Shown one piece after another: positions 28,833 to 37,959 of a DNA stretch of 64,000 nt. A program made the position numbers and the translations under genes. The notes under the pieces are model-generated. The model was not told where the DNA came from. It saw nothing but the letters and a program-made list of their open reading frames with translations, and searched no databases. Source of the stretch: an uncultured Clostridia bacterium (GTDB lineage Bacteria > Bacillota > Clostridia > TANB77 > CAG-508); NCBI GenBank assembly GCA_944392485.1, contig CALXWO010000001.1:20354-84353 (forward strand), read 5' to 3'. How positions within the stretch are numbered: position 1 is the first letter of the stretch; each line of letters starts with the position of its first letter.

Positions 28833-28856
28833 TATCTATACCTCCTTTTCGTATTC

Positions 28857-29273
28857 TTATTTTTCAACTAGTGTTTCTAATTTTTTATATATTTCTGGAT
28901 ACATCTTTTTTAAATTAATTATTTTAAATGTTTTTGAATCTGCCCAAGCAAGTGTTGTTTTACCTATATTAATTAACTTATCATTTTTATCATAAATATC
29001 ATACTCCAAAACAAATTTTACAGGGCTTAGTTCAATCATCTTTGTTTTTATTTGTACCTCTTGATTATAATATGCAGGCATTTTATATTTACAATTTAAT
29101 TCTACTAAGGGAGTCATTATGCCTTTTTTCTCAATTTCATCATATCTTATTCCTACTTTATTAAAATACTCTGTTCTTGCTTCCTCATACCATATTGCAT
29201 AAACAGAGTGATGTATTATTCCCATTTGATCTGTTTCTGCATATCTAGGTACTATTTTTACTGTTACTACCAT
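28857..29273 (-). CDS. acyl-CoA thioesterase (4HBT/YbgC-like hotdog fold)
   Basis: 138 aa, RYAETDQMGIIHHSVYAIWYEEAR. Confidence 0.7.
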   Translation of the reverse strand: MVVTVKIVPRYAETDQMGIIHHSVYAIWYEEARTEYFNKVGIRYDEIEKKGIMTPLVELNCKYKMPAYYNQEVQIKTKMIELSPVKFVLEYDIYDKNDKLINIGKTTLAWADSKTFKIINLKKMYPEIYKKLETLVEK

Positions 29274-29285
29274 CTTTTTTCCCTT

Positions 29286-30341
29286 CTAACTTAATATTTT
29301 TCCCCCTCCTAGAACAATATCATCAATATAAAAAACAGCTGATTGTCCTGGCGTTATTCTAGGAACAGGTTTTTCAAAACATACTTTTATTAGATTTTTA
29401 TCAATCTTTTCTATAGTAGCTTTTTCCTCTCTACTTGAATACCTTGTTTTTACAAGAACATTCATTTTATCTGTTATCTCATCTATTAATAGCAAGTTTA
29501 TATCACTTACAATGGCTTCATTTTTGTATATTTCTTTTTCTTCTCCTACTATAACTTGATTTTTTTCTTTGTTAAATCCTATCACATATAATGGTACTTT
29601 ATATGATATCCCTAAGCCTTTTCTTTGTCCTATTGTATAATAATATAATCCTTTATGCTTGCCTAATATTTCACCTTTTGAATTTACAATATCTCCTTCT
29701 TTTGGCTTTAAATTAGAATTTTTTTCTAAAAATCTTTTATAATTTCCATCAGGAATAAAACATATATCTTCACTATCAGGTTTAATTGCAACTATTAAAT
29801 CTTTTTCCTTTACAATATTTCTTACTTCTTCTTTTGTTTTAATTTCGCCTAATGGAAAAATAATTTTATCTAATATTTCTTTAGGTATTCTATATAAAAC
29901 ATAACTTTGGTCTTTTAATATATTACTAGATTTTTTTAAAACATGTCTTTTATATTTTTCTGAATATTCTATTCTTGCATAATGACCTGTAGCTATATAA
30001 TTGCAATTAAGTTCCTTTGCCTTTTCATACATTAAGCCAAACTTTAAATATTTATTGCATTCAATACATGGATTTGGTGTTCTTTGATTAGAATATTCTT
30101 GTATAAAATTATCTATTACTTTACATTTAAATTCTTTTCTTAAATTATACTCAATATGTGGAATTCCTATAGCTTCGCAAACTTTTTTTGCATCAATACT
30201 TGCACTATTATTATTGTTTCCTTCAGAATATAAATCCATTGTTACACCAATTACTTCATATCCTTTTTCTTTTAAGACTAATGCTGCTGCTGAGCTATCT
30301 ACCCCACCGCTCATACCTACAAGCACTCTTTTATTATCCAT
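29286..30341 (-). CDS. mnmA: tRNA 2-thiouridine(34) synthase MnmA
   Basis: MDNKRVLVGMSGGVDSSAAA...NPCIECNKYLKF. ATG at 30341 after gggagg. Confidence 0.9.
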   Translation of the reverse strand: MDNKRVLVGMSGGVDSSAAALVLKEKGYEVIGVTMDLYSEGNNNNSASIDAKKVCEAIGIPHIEYNLRKEFKCKVIDNFIQEYSNQRTPNPCIECNKYLKFGLMYEKAKELNCNYIATGHYARIEYSEKYKRHVLKKSSNILKDQSYVLYRIPKEILDKIIFPLGEIKTKEEVRNIVKEKDLIVAIKPDSEDICFIPDGNYKRFLEKNSNLKPKEGDIVNSKGEILGKHKGLYYYTIGQRKGLGISYKVPLYVIGFNKEKNQVIVGEEKEIYKNEAIVSDINLLLIDEITDKMNVLVKTRYSSREEKATIEKIDKNLIKVCFEKPVPRITPGQSAVFYIDDIVLGGGKILS

Positions 30342-30435
30342 TATTATATTTTTCCTCCCTAATGATAATATATCTTTGTTTACAAATATTTTCAATTTTT
30401 AACAAAAGAGGCATATTAGTATGCCCCTATATAAA

Positions 30436-31308
30436 TTAATTTTTTTCATCTATATTATCTGAATTTTTAATTTTACTTTTCAATTTATTAGACATCTTTT
30501 TTAACTTTTCTTTGTTTCCATTAATATCACCTAAGAAATAAGAAACTCCAAATCCTATTATCATTATTATAATTGCTATTAGTGAATTAATGTTTAGTCC
30601 AATTATACAACTTGAATTTAAAACATTAGGAATAATTGATAAAAATAAACCAAATATAATTGAAAAAGTTGCTGTATAATATCTTTTTATTAATTGATTT
30701 ATTATAAATGATATAACTAATACTCCTATTACCAATCCTAATCCTGCTGGGATTAATACTCTTAAATCAAAATTTGCAAGAGAACTAACGTATAACTCAT
30801 ATAATCCAAGTGATGATAATATTACTGCACTATCCACACCTGGTACTATTGAAGATCCTGCAACAGCAAATCCTAATAATGCTGATTGAAAAAGATTAGG
30901 ATTTGTTATGGCTGGAAATAGATTTTTATTTAAATAAAACAATGTAAATCCAAATGCTGCTGCAAGAAAAATTAAAATATAGTATTTGTTTTTAAACCCT
31001 TCCTTTTTTACTTCTTTATAAAAAAGTGGAATTGTTCCTAAAACTAATCCTAAAAAGGCAAATCTTGTATACATTTCATAATTATTTAGTAAATAATCTA
31101 CAATCTTGCTAAATAATAATATTCCTACTCCAAACCCTAAAAACAGAGGAACTAAAAACATTAAATTCTTTTTTAAATCTTTAAATAAAGTTCCTATTGC
31201 ATTTATTGTTTTTTGGTATAATCCAAATATAACTAACATTACACTCCCACTAAGGCCTGGCGCAATTCCACCAATTCCTACAATAATACCTTTTAAAAAA
31301 TTAATCAT
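30436..31308 (-). CDS. DUF368 family membrane protein
   Basis: MINFLKGIIVGIGGIAPGLSGSVMLVIFG and a later VPGVDSAVILS repeat. Start after ggagg. Confidence 0.65.
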   Translation of the reverse strand: MINFLKGIIVGIGGIAPGLSGSVMLVIFGLYQKTINAIGTLFKDLKKNLMFLVPLFLGFGVGILLFSKIVDYLLNNYEMYTRFAFLGLVLGTIPLFYKEVKKEGFKNKYYILIFLAAAFGFTLFYLNKNLFPAITNPNLFQSALLGFAVAGSSIVPGVDSAVILSSLGLYELYVSSLANFDLRVLIPAGLGLVIGVLVISFIINQLIKRYYTATFSIIFGLFLSIIPNVLNSSCIIGLNINSLIAIIIMIIGFGVSYFLGDINGNKEKLKKMSNKLKSKIKNSDNIDEKN

Positions 31309-31504
31309 TTGTTTTCCTCCAATATATAACGTGACAATTATACTATATGATATGTATATTTTCAACCTTTTACAATTTGAAAATTATATAAAACAATTTT
31401 TGTTAATATTAAGCTTAAATATTATAACTTATGTTAAAGCATTAATTCTAGAATATTTGAAGGAGACTGCTTTACCAGTCCCCTTCATCTTTTACAATTA
31501 TTTA

Positions 31505-33328
31505 TTATACAGCTTCTTCGTTGTCGAATTGACTGTTATATAAATCCGCATAAAATCCTTGTTTTGCAAGTAACTCCTCATGTGTTCCTTGTTCTACAAT
31601 GTCTCCATGGTCCATTACTAGTATTAAGTCTGCATTTTTTATTGTTGATAACCTATGTGCAATAATAAAACTTGTTCTACCTTTCATTAAGTTATCCATA
31701 GCAGATTGTATTTGTATTTCTGTTCTTGTATCTATGCTTGATGTTGCTTCATCTAGTATTAAAATTTTAGGGTTTGCAAGTATTACCCTTGCTATTGTAA
31801 GCAGCTGTTTTTGCCCTGCAGATACATTGCTTGATTCCTCATTTAATACAGAATTATATCCATTAGGTAAGGTTTTTATAAAATGATGTACATGTGCTGC
31901 TTTTGCCGCTTCTATAACTTCTGTGTCAGTTGCATCTGGTCTTCCATATCTTATATTGTCTTTTACTGTACCTCCAAATAGCCATGTTTCTTGAAGCACC
32001 ATTCCAAACATTTTTCTTAAATCTCCACGTTTAAAGTCTTTTACATTATGTCCATCTACTAAAATTGCTCCACTATTTACATCATAAAATCTCATTAGCA
32101 GTTTTACCATAGTGGTCTTTCCAGCGCCTGTTGGTCCTACTATTGCAATCTTCTGTCCTTCTTTAACTTTAGCATTAAAGTCATTTATAATTATTTTATC
32201 CTCATCATACCCAAATTCTACATCTTTAAATTCTACATTTCCTTTTATTTTTGAAGTATCTATATCATTTTCAGGGTCCTTTACTTCTTCATCTTCCTCT
32301 AAAAATTCAAATACTCTTTCTGCTGCTGCAACCATTGCTTGAAGCATTCCAGATACTTGTGCAACCTGAGTAATTGGTTGTGTAAATCTTTTATTGTATT
32401 GTATAAAACTTTGTATATTACCTACTGTAATTTTGCCTTGAATAGCTAAGTATCCTCCAACAACTGAAACAGCAACATATCCCACATTTCCTATAAAGTT
32501 CATTAATGGGTGCATTAATCCAGATAAAAATTGAGATTTCCATCCAGATTTATATAATTCATTATTTGCTTTTGTAAAGTTTTCTATTGCGGCCTCTTCT
32601 CCGTTAAATGCTTTTACAATTGTGTGTCCACCATATATTTCCTCAACTTGACCATTTACGTGTCCTAAGTATTCTTGTTGTCTTTGGAAATATTTTTGTG
32701 ATTTTCCTACTATTATTTTTACAATGATTGCTGATATTGGAAGTATTACAAATGAAATAATTGTCATTGTAACACTAATTGATAGCATCATTATTATAAT
32801 ACCAATTATTGTACAAACAGCAGTTATTATTTCTGTAATGCTTTGGTTAAGGTTTTGAGAAAGAGTATCTATATCGTTTGTTATAATAGACAAAACCTCT
32901 CCGTTTGTTTTCTTATCAAAATATTTCATTGGCAATTTATTTAATTTTACTGCTATATCGTTACGTATTTTATATGTTAGTTTTTGTGCAACAGATGTCA
33001 TTGTAAATCCTTGTATTAAAGAAAATATTGCACTTACTATATAAAATCCTAGTAAAGTAAACAAAATGCTTGCTACTTTTCCAAAATCTATACCTGTTCC
33101 TCCAGATAGTTTTCCAATTAATCCATTGAATATTTCTGTTGTTGCATTACCAAGTATTTTAGGTCCAACTATATTAAAAATAGTACTTCCTATTGCAAAT
33201 ATTATTACAACAAATATTGCAAATTTATATTTAGATAAATAGTTTTTTATTAATTTTTTTGTTGTTTTTTTAAAATTTTTTGGTTTTTGCATAGGTGCTC
33301 CGTGATTTTTTCCCATTGGTCCTGGCAT
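31505..33328 (-). CDS. ABC exporter, fused permease/ATPase (heterodimer partner 2)
   Basis: 6 TM plus NBD with GPTGAGKTT, LSAGQKQLLTIAR and ILILDEATS. ATG at 33328 follows the ggagg at the end of the upstream gene. Confidence 0.85.
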   Translation of the reverse strand: MPGPMGKNHGAPMQKPKNFKKTTKKLIKNYLSKYKFAIFVVIIFAIGSTIFNIVGPKILGNATTEIFNGLIGKLSGGTGIDFGKVASILFTLLGFYIVSAIFSLIQGFTMTSVAQKLTYKIRNDIAVKLNKLPMKYFDKKTNGEVLSIITNDIDTLSQNLNQSITEIITAVCTIIGIIIMMLSISVTMTIISFVILPISAIIVKIIVGKSQKYFQRQQEYLGHVNGQVEEIYGGHTIVKAFNGEEAAIENFTKANNELYKSGWKSQFLSGLMHPLMNFIGNVGYVAVSVVGGYLAIQGKITVGNIQSFIQYNKRFTQPITQVAQVSGMLQAMVAAAERVFEFLEEDEEVKDPENDIDTSKIKGNVEFKDVEFGYDEDKIIINDFNAKVKEGQKIAIVGPTGAGKTTMVKLLMRFYDVNSGAILVDGHNVKDFKRGDLRKMFGMVLQETWLFGGTVKDNIRYGRPDATDTEVIEAAKAAHVHHFIKTLPNGYNSVLNEESSNVSAGQKQLLTIARVILANPKILILDEATSSIDTRTEIQIQSAMDNLMKGRTSFIIAHRLSTIKNADLILVMDHGDIVEQGTHEELLAKQGFYADLYNSQFDNEEAV

Positions 33329-33329
33329 A

Positions 33330-35589
33330 TTAATTTGCACCTCCTTCTAATTCTTCCTTAGATAATTGTGACAAAGCAATTTCTCTGTATTGTTCGCAAT
33401 TTTTTAACAATTCTTTATGTGTACCTTTTCCTACTATTTTTCCTTCGTCTAATACTATAATCTGGTCTGCATTTAAAATTGTACTTATTCTTTGCGCTAC
33501 TATTATTACTGTTTTTCCTTTTGTTTGTTTTGCAAGTTCTTCTCTTAATTTGCTATCAGTTTTAAAATCTAATGCAGAAAAGCTATCATCAAAAACTATT
33601 ATTTCTGGATCTATTGCTAAGGCTCTTGCTATTGATAAACGTTGTTTTTGCCCTCCAGATACGTTGTTTCCTCCTTGTGCTATTTCTGATTTAAATTGTT
33701 TTTCTTTTCTTTCTATAAAGTCTGTTGCTTGTGCTATCTCTGCTGCTTTTTTCATTTGCTCATCTGACATAGATGAATTTCCATATTTTATATTTGACTC
33801 TATAGTCCCTGAAAATAGTACACCTTTTTGAGGCACAAAACCTATTCTTTTCCTTAATTCTTTTTGTGGTACATCCTTTACATTAACACCATCTATAAGT
33901 AATTCTCCACCAGTTACATCATAAAAACGTGGTATTAAGTTTACAACCGTAGATTTACCGCTACCAGTACTTCCAATTAATGCTGTTGTCTCTCCCGGTT
34001 TTGCGGTAAAATCAATATCTTCCAATATTTCTGTATCGGCATCTGGATATCTAAATGAAACATTTTTAAATTCAACATATCCTTTTTTATTCTCTACAAA
34101 TTCTTTTGTTTCTTCTTTATCTTTTATAGAAGCTTCTGTTTCTAATACTTCGTTAATACGTCTTGCAGATACAGAAGCACGAGGAAGCATTATAGAAATT
34201 ATAGATATCATTAAGAAAGAAATTACTATTTGCATTGTATATTGTATAAATGCCATCATATCTCCAACTTGCATAATACCTTGGTCTACTTTGTGTCCGT
34301 CCTACCCAAATTATTAAAAGCATAATTCCATTCATTATAAACATTAAAGCTGGCATCATAATGCTCATTGCTCTATTTACAAATATATTTGCTTTCATAA
34401 GGTCTTTATTTGCACTATCAAATCTTTCTTCTTCTCTTTTTTCTGTATTAAATGCTCTTATTACAGGAAGTCCTGTTAGTATTTCTCTTGAAACTAAATT
34501 TAACTTATCTATCAAATCTTGTAGTTTTTTAAATTTAGGCATTGCTACAATAAATAGTACAAGCACAATTATTATTACACATGCAATTGCAAGTCCTATA
34601 ATCCATGCCATAGAATTATTACTATGCGCTAAAACTCTTAAAAATCCACCTATACCAATTATTGGTGCATATACTACAACTCTAAATAGCATTGTAAGTA
34701 GCATTTGTATTTGTTGTATATCATTAGTGCTACGCGTAATTAAAGAAGCAGTAGAAAATTCATTAAATTCTTTTCTTGTAAATGTTAGGACTTTTTTGAA
34801 TACTTTGTCTCTTAAAGTTTTACCTAAATTTGCTGCAACTCTTGAAGATAAAAGCATAATTATTACTGCTGATGTCATACTAATTAGTGCTATTCCTATC
34901 ATTTGAAATCCTACTTTTAATATGTAGCCATTTTGAATGCTATCAGTATTTACTCCAATTGCAATATATTCTGCCTTTGTTGCTTGAACTGCTGCTTGAT
35001 CTAAAACAGTTCCCATACTTTGGTCTAATTGTTTATTAATTTCGTCCTTTAAACCAGATAATTGTTCTTCTGGCAATGATTTTATTATATCCGTTAAAGG
35101 CATTTGCTGTATTATATTTTTTTGTTGTTCAGGGACATTTTTAGTTATTTCTTCTTTTATTTTATTAGATGTTTGTTCATTTTCTATAAAATATATTGCC
35201 ATAAATGGTTTTGTTATAATTTCATCTAATCTTTCTTTTTGACTGTTATTTAATTTATTTAATTCATACAAATCTTGATTTTCTATCTCTGGATATTCTT
35301 CTTTTATTTTTTCGTATTCTTCACCTTGTAAATTACTTTTTGAAATTAATGTATAATTACTTAATATCTCTTCATCATCTTCTGCAAATAATAATAAATT
35401 ATCCATTTGAGATTTTCTAATTACCTCAGGTGCAACATATTCTATTCCACCTGCTTGAATTCCAGTATTTACTATTTTGGAAGTATAATCAGGAAGAGTC
35501 AAATCCGCCCATGCTTGAACACATAACAATAAAATAATTATTAATACAGATACCCAAGTCTTTTTTAAATATTTTAAAATTTTAAACAT
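33330..35589 (-). CDS. ABC exporter, fused permease/ATPase with a large first extracytoplasmic loop (partner 1), one +1 recoding site
   Basis: ORFs 34153..35622 and 33330..34274 join if the C at 34299 is skipped: LLIIWVG-G-HKVDQGIMQVGDMMAFIQYTMQIV. ATG at 35589 after ggagg. Confidence 0.8.
34296..34299 (-). other. in-frame CGG-A +1 recoding site (GGA CGG A)
   Basis: 35589-34299 is divisible by 3. Confidence 0.7.
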
Positions 35590-36211
35590 TATTTCCTCCT
35601 TCTTCTGGTTTTGTAATACCATATTTAATATAATCTAACTGCTTTAAATAATCTAATCGTGCTTGTTTTTTAGATTTATATTTAAAATTAGAAACAATAG
35701 CTTTTTTAGTTACTGCTTGCAATATTCTAATTAAAAGTTTAAAATCCTCTTTTCCTTCTATTTTTAAATTTGATTTATCAATTAAATCATAATATTCTTC
35801 CATAGTTTTAGGTTTATGTTTTTTTAAATCTATTACAAAAAAATCATCTTCTGATGTTTTTATTCCTTCAAATATTTTTTTAAAAAATTGAACCTCTTTT
35901 TTGTTCATACACTCATTTACCATGTAGTCGTAAATACATATAAATGCTTCAAAAATATCTCCTTTGGTCTTTTTTATTGACCTTTCTATACTATTATTTA
36001 TTCTTTCTATATGTTCTTCTAGCATGTATTGAAGTAAATCTTCTTTGCTATCAAAATATTGATAAAAGCTTCCTCTTGCAATTCCTGCTGATTCTACAAT
36101 GTTTTTTATTGATGCATCTTGCAAGGTCGCCCTAGTAAATTCTTGTTTTGCACAAGTTAAAATTTTTTCTTTTTTATCTTGTGGTAATTTAAAAAAAGTT
36201 TCTGATGGCAT
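35582..36211 (-). CDS. TetR/AcrR-family transcriptional regulator
   Basis: MPSETFFKLPQDKKEKILTCAKQEFTRATLQDASIKNIVESAGIARGSFYQYF. Heads the two-gene ABC exporter operon. Confidence 0.85.
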   Translation of the reverse strand: MPSETFFKLPQDKKEKILTCAKQEFTRATLQDASIKNIVESAGIARGSFYQYFDSKEDLLQYMLEEHIERINNSIERSIKKTKGDIFEAFICIYDYMVNECMNKKEVQFFKKIFEGIKTSEDDFFVIDLKKHKPKTMEEYYDLIDKSNLKIEGKEDFKLLIRILQAVTKKAIVSNFKYKSKKQARLDYLKQLDYIKYGITKPEEGGNNV

Positions 36212-36235
36212 TTTAACACCCCCATTTAAAATAAA

Positions 36236-36274
36236 ATGACACCGTGTCATAAATTATATATGACATGGTGTCAT
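36236..36274. promoter_or_regulatory. two 15-bp palindromic operator candidates (ATGACAnnnTGTCAT)
   Basis: atgacaccgtgtcat (36236-36250) and atgacatggtgtcat (36260-36274), 25-63 nt upstream of the tetR start. Confidence 0.5.
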
Positions 36275-36291
36275 TTGTCAATACTTTAACC

Positions 36292-36461
36292 GTGGAAATT
36301 TTGCTCGGAGCAAAAAGGTCTTCTTGCGGAAAAATTGCTCCGAGCGAAATGGTCTCCTCGCGGAAAAATCGCTCCGAGCGAAATGGTCTCCTCGCGGAAA
36401 AATTGCTCCGAGCGAAATGGTCTTCTTGCGGAAAAATCGCTCCGAGCGAAAAGGTCTCCAC
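36292..36461 (+). repeat. 5 x 34-bp head-to-tail tandem repeat, each unit carrying a tcgctc-c-gagcga type palindrome
   Basis: Units at 36292, 36326, 36360, 36394 and 36428: gcggaaaaa(t/c)tgctccgagcgaaatggtct(c/t)ct(c/t). No unique spacers. Confidence 0.9.
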
Positions 36462-36467
36462 AAAAAT

Positions 36468-36495
36468 TTGACATTTTTCTTGCAATGTATATTAT
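36468..36495 (+). promoter_or_regulatory. sigmaA-type promoter candidate for 36533..37384
   Basis: ttgaca (36468-36473), 16-nt spacer, tattat (36490-36495). Confidence 0.45.
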
Positions 36496-36532
36496 TTCTA
36501 TTGTATAATATGCTTTATAGGGGAGATGAAAT

Positions 36533-37384
36533 ATGTTTGGATTAAGATCAGACGGAAGAAAGTTAAAAACATTAGGACCTTTTTTTAGAGTTATACCACA
36601 TGTAATGAAAGAAAGAAGCGATGCACACGTATATTATACTCAAGATTTACCTCTTAGATATTTAGATGAGTATATTGATAAAAAAGAAAAAGAAGGTATT
36701 AGAATTTCTTATATGAATATAATATATGCAGCATTAGTAAGGTTACTTGCAGAAAAACCTGCTTTAAATAGATTTGTAATGGATGGTAGAACTTATGCAA
36801 GACATGGAATTACAATTTCTCTTGCAATAAAAAAAGAAATGACAGAAGAAATTGAGGAAACTACATTAAAAATTCCATTTACTGGCTCGGAAAATATTTT
36901 TGAAGTAAAAGAAAAATTAGATAATGCTATTGCTAAAAATAAAGATTTAGCAGCAGAAAACAATACAGATAAGCTTGCAAAATTTTTGTCACCAATTCCT
37001 AGTTGGTTATTTAAGCTTGTTGTAAATATACTTATGTTTTTAGATAAACATGGAATGATGCCAAAAGCCGTAATCGAAGCAAGCCCATTTCACACTAGTG
37101 CCTTTTTAACAAATGTTGGTTCACTTGGTATTGATGCAATTTATCATCATATATATAATTTTGGAACAACTGGTGTGTTCTTAGCAATGGGTAAAAAGAA
37201 AAAATCTTATATTTATGAAGATGATAATATTGTTCAAGAAAAAACAATTTCTCTTGCTTGGGTTGCAGATGAGAGAATATGTGATGGTTTTTATTATGCA
37301 ACTGCCTTAAAATCATTTTATAGATATATGAAAAAACCTGAGTTATTAGAAAATAATATTGAACCAAAAGAAGATATAAGGTAA
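36533..37384 (+). CDS. 2-oxoacid dehydrogenase acyltransferase catalytic-domain (CAT-fold) family protein
   Basis: 283 aa. The C-terminal WVADERICDGFYYA aligns with the DHRxxDG active-site motif, but with Glu in place of His. Confidence 0.6.
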   Translation: MFGLRSDGRKLKTLGPFFRVIPHVMKERSDAHVYYTQDLPLRYLDEYIDKKEKEGIRISYMNIIYAALVRLLAEKPALNRFVMDGRTYARHGITISLAIKKEMTEEIEETTLKIPFTGSENIFEVKEKLDNAIAKNKDLAAENNTDKLAKFLSPIPSWLFKLVVNILMFLDKHGMMPKAVIEASPFHTSAFLTNVGSLGIDAIYHHIYNFGTTGVFLAMGKKKKSYIYEDDNIVQEKTISLAWVADERICDGFYYATALKSFYRYMKKPELLENNIEPKEDIR

Positions 37385-37399
37385 TTTATATATTAACAA

Positions 37400-37427
37400 A
37401 GCAGCATTTTAAATATGCTGTTTTTTA
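37400..37427 (+). terminator. terminator candidate after 36533..37384
   Basis: cagcat-tttaaat-atgctg followed by tttttt. Confidence 0.5.
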
Positions 37428-37477
37428 TTTTATAAGTCGCAATTTACCTAATTAAATTAATTGCAAGACTCCCATAA

Positions 37478-37674
37478 AATCTAGTTAAAAACATAAATTT
37501 ATTGCGCTCCTCGGTTCAATACGTGTTTTAGCAATTCTAGCGGCAAATTGAACGAGCCTCTCGGTCTCCCGCTTCCTCCTTCAATTTTCCTTAAGAATTG
37601 CACAAACACTCCAATCACATCCGGTGCTCATAAATTGATGTGTTTTAACTGATTTTATTAATATTCTATAAATT
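37478..37674 (-). repeat. family-D MITE-like element, copy 1 (~195 bp)
   Basis: Reverse complement of 61041..61235 with only a few differences. Termini aatc(t)agttaaaaacat / atgtgttttaactgatt, with an internal ~22-bp-arm palindrome (one mismatch; intact in the 61041..61235 copy, one arm diverged to caatttgccgctagaattg here) gcaattcttaaggaaaattgaa...ttcaattttcctttagaattgc. Confidence 0.85.
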
Positions 37675-37959
37675 ATCGTGTAATAAAAATTCATCAATTT
37701 AATGAAAATTTTAATTTTCATTAAAGGGTTAAAATATAAAAATATTAATTTTGACAAATAATGGTCCGACAGCCCATTGAGGCGGGTAATACCCGCGTAT
37801 GCCTTGGAGGACATTATTTTCAAAATTCATATTTTATATTTATTTTTATAATTAGAAATTTTTGCAATTAATTTAATCAGACAATTTCAAATTTACCTGT
37901 TTATTTTTTTAAATTTAGTGATATACTTTTACTATACAAATTTGAAAGAAGGTATACAT

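Noticed and set aside
36292-36461. CRISPR array
   Set aside because: The units are contiguous 34-bp tandem repeats with no unique spacers and no cas genes nearby.
36213-36545. Six overlapping ORFs of 61-90 aa on both strands across the tandem repeat
   Set aside because: They are translations of the repeat (periodic peptide sequences), have no RBS, and occur on both strands equally.
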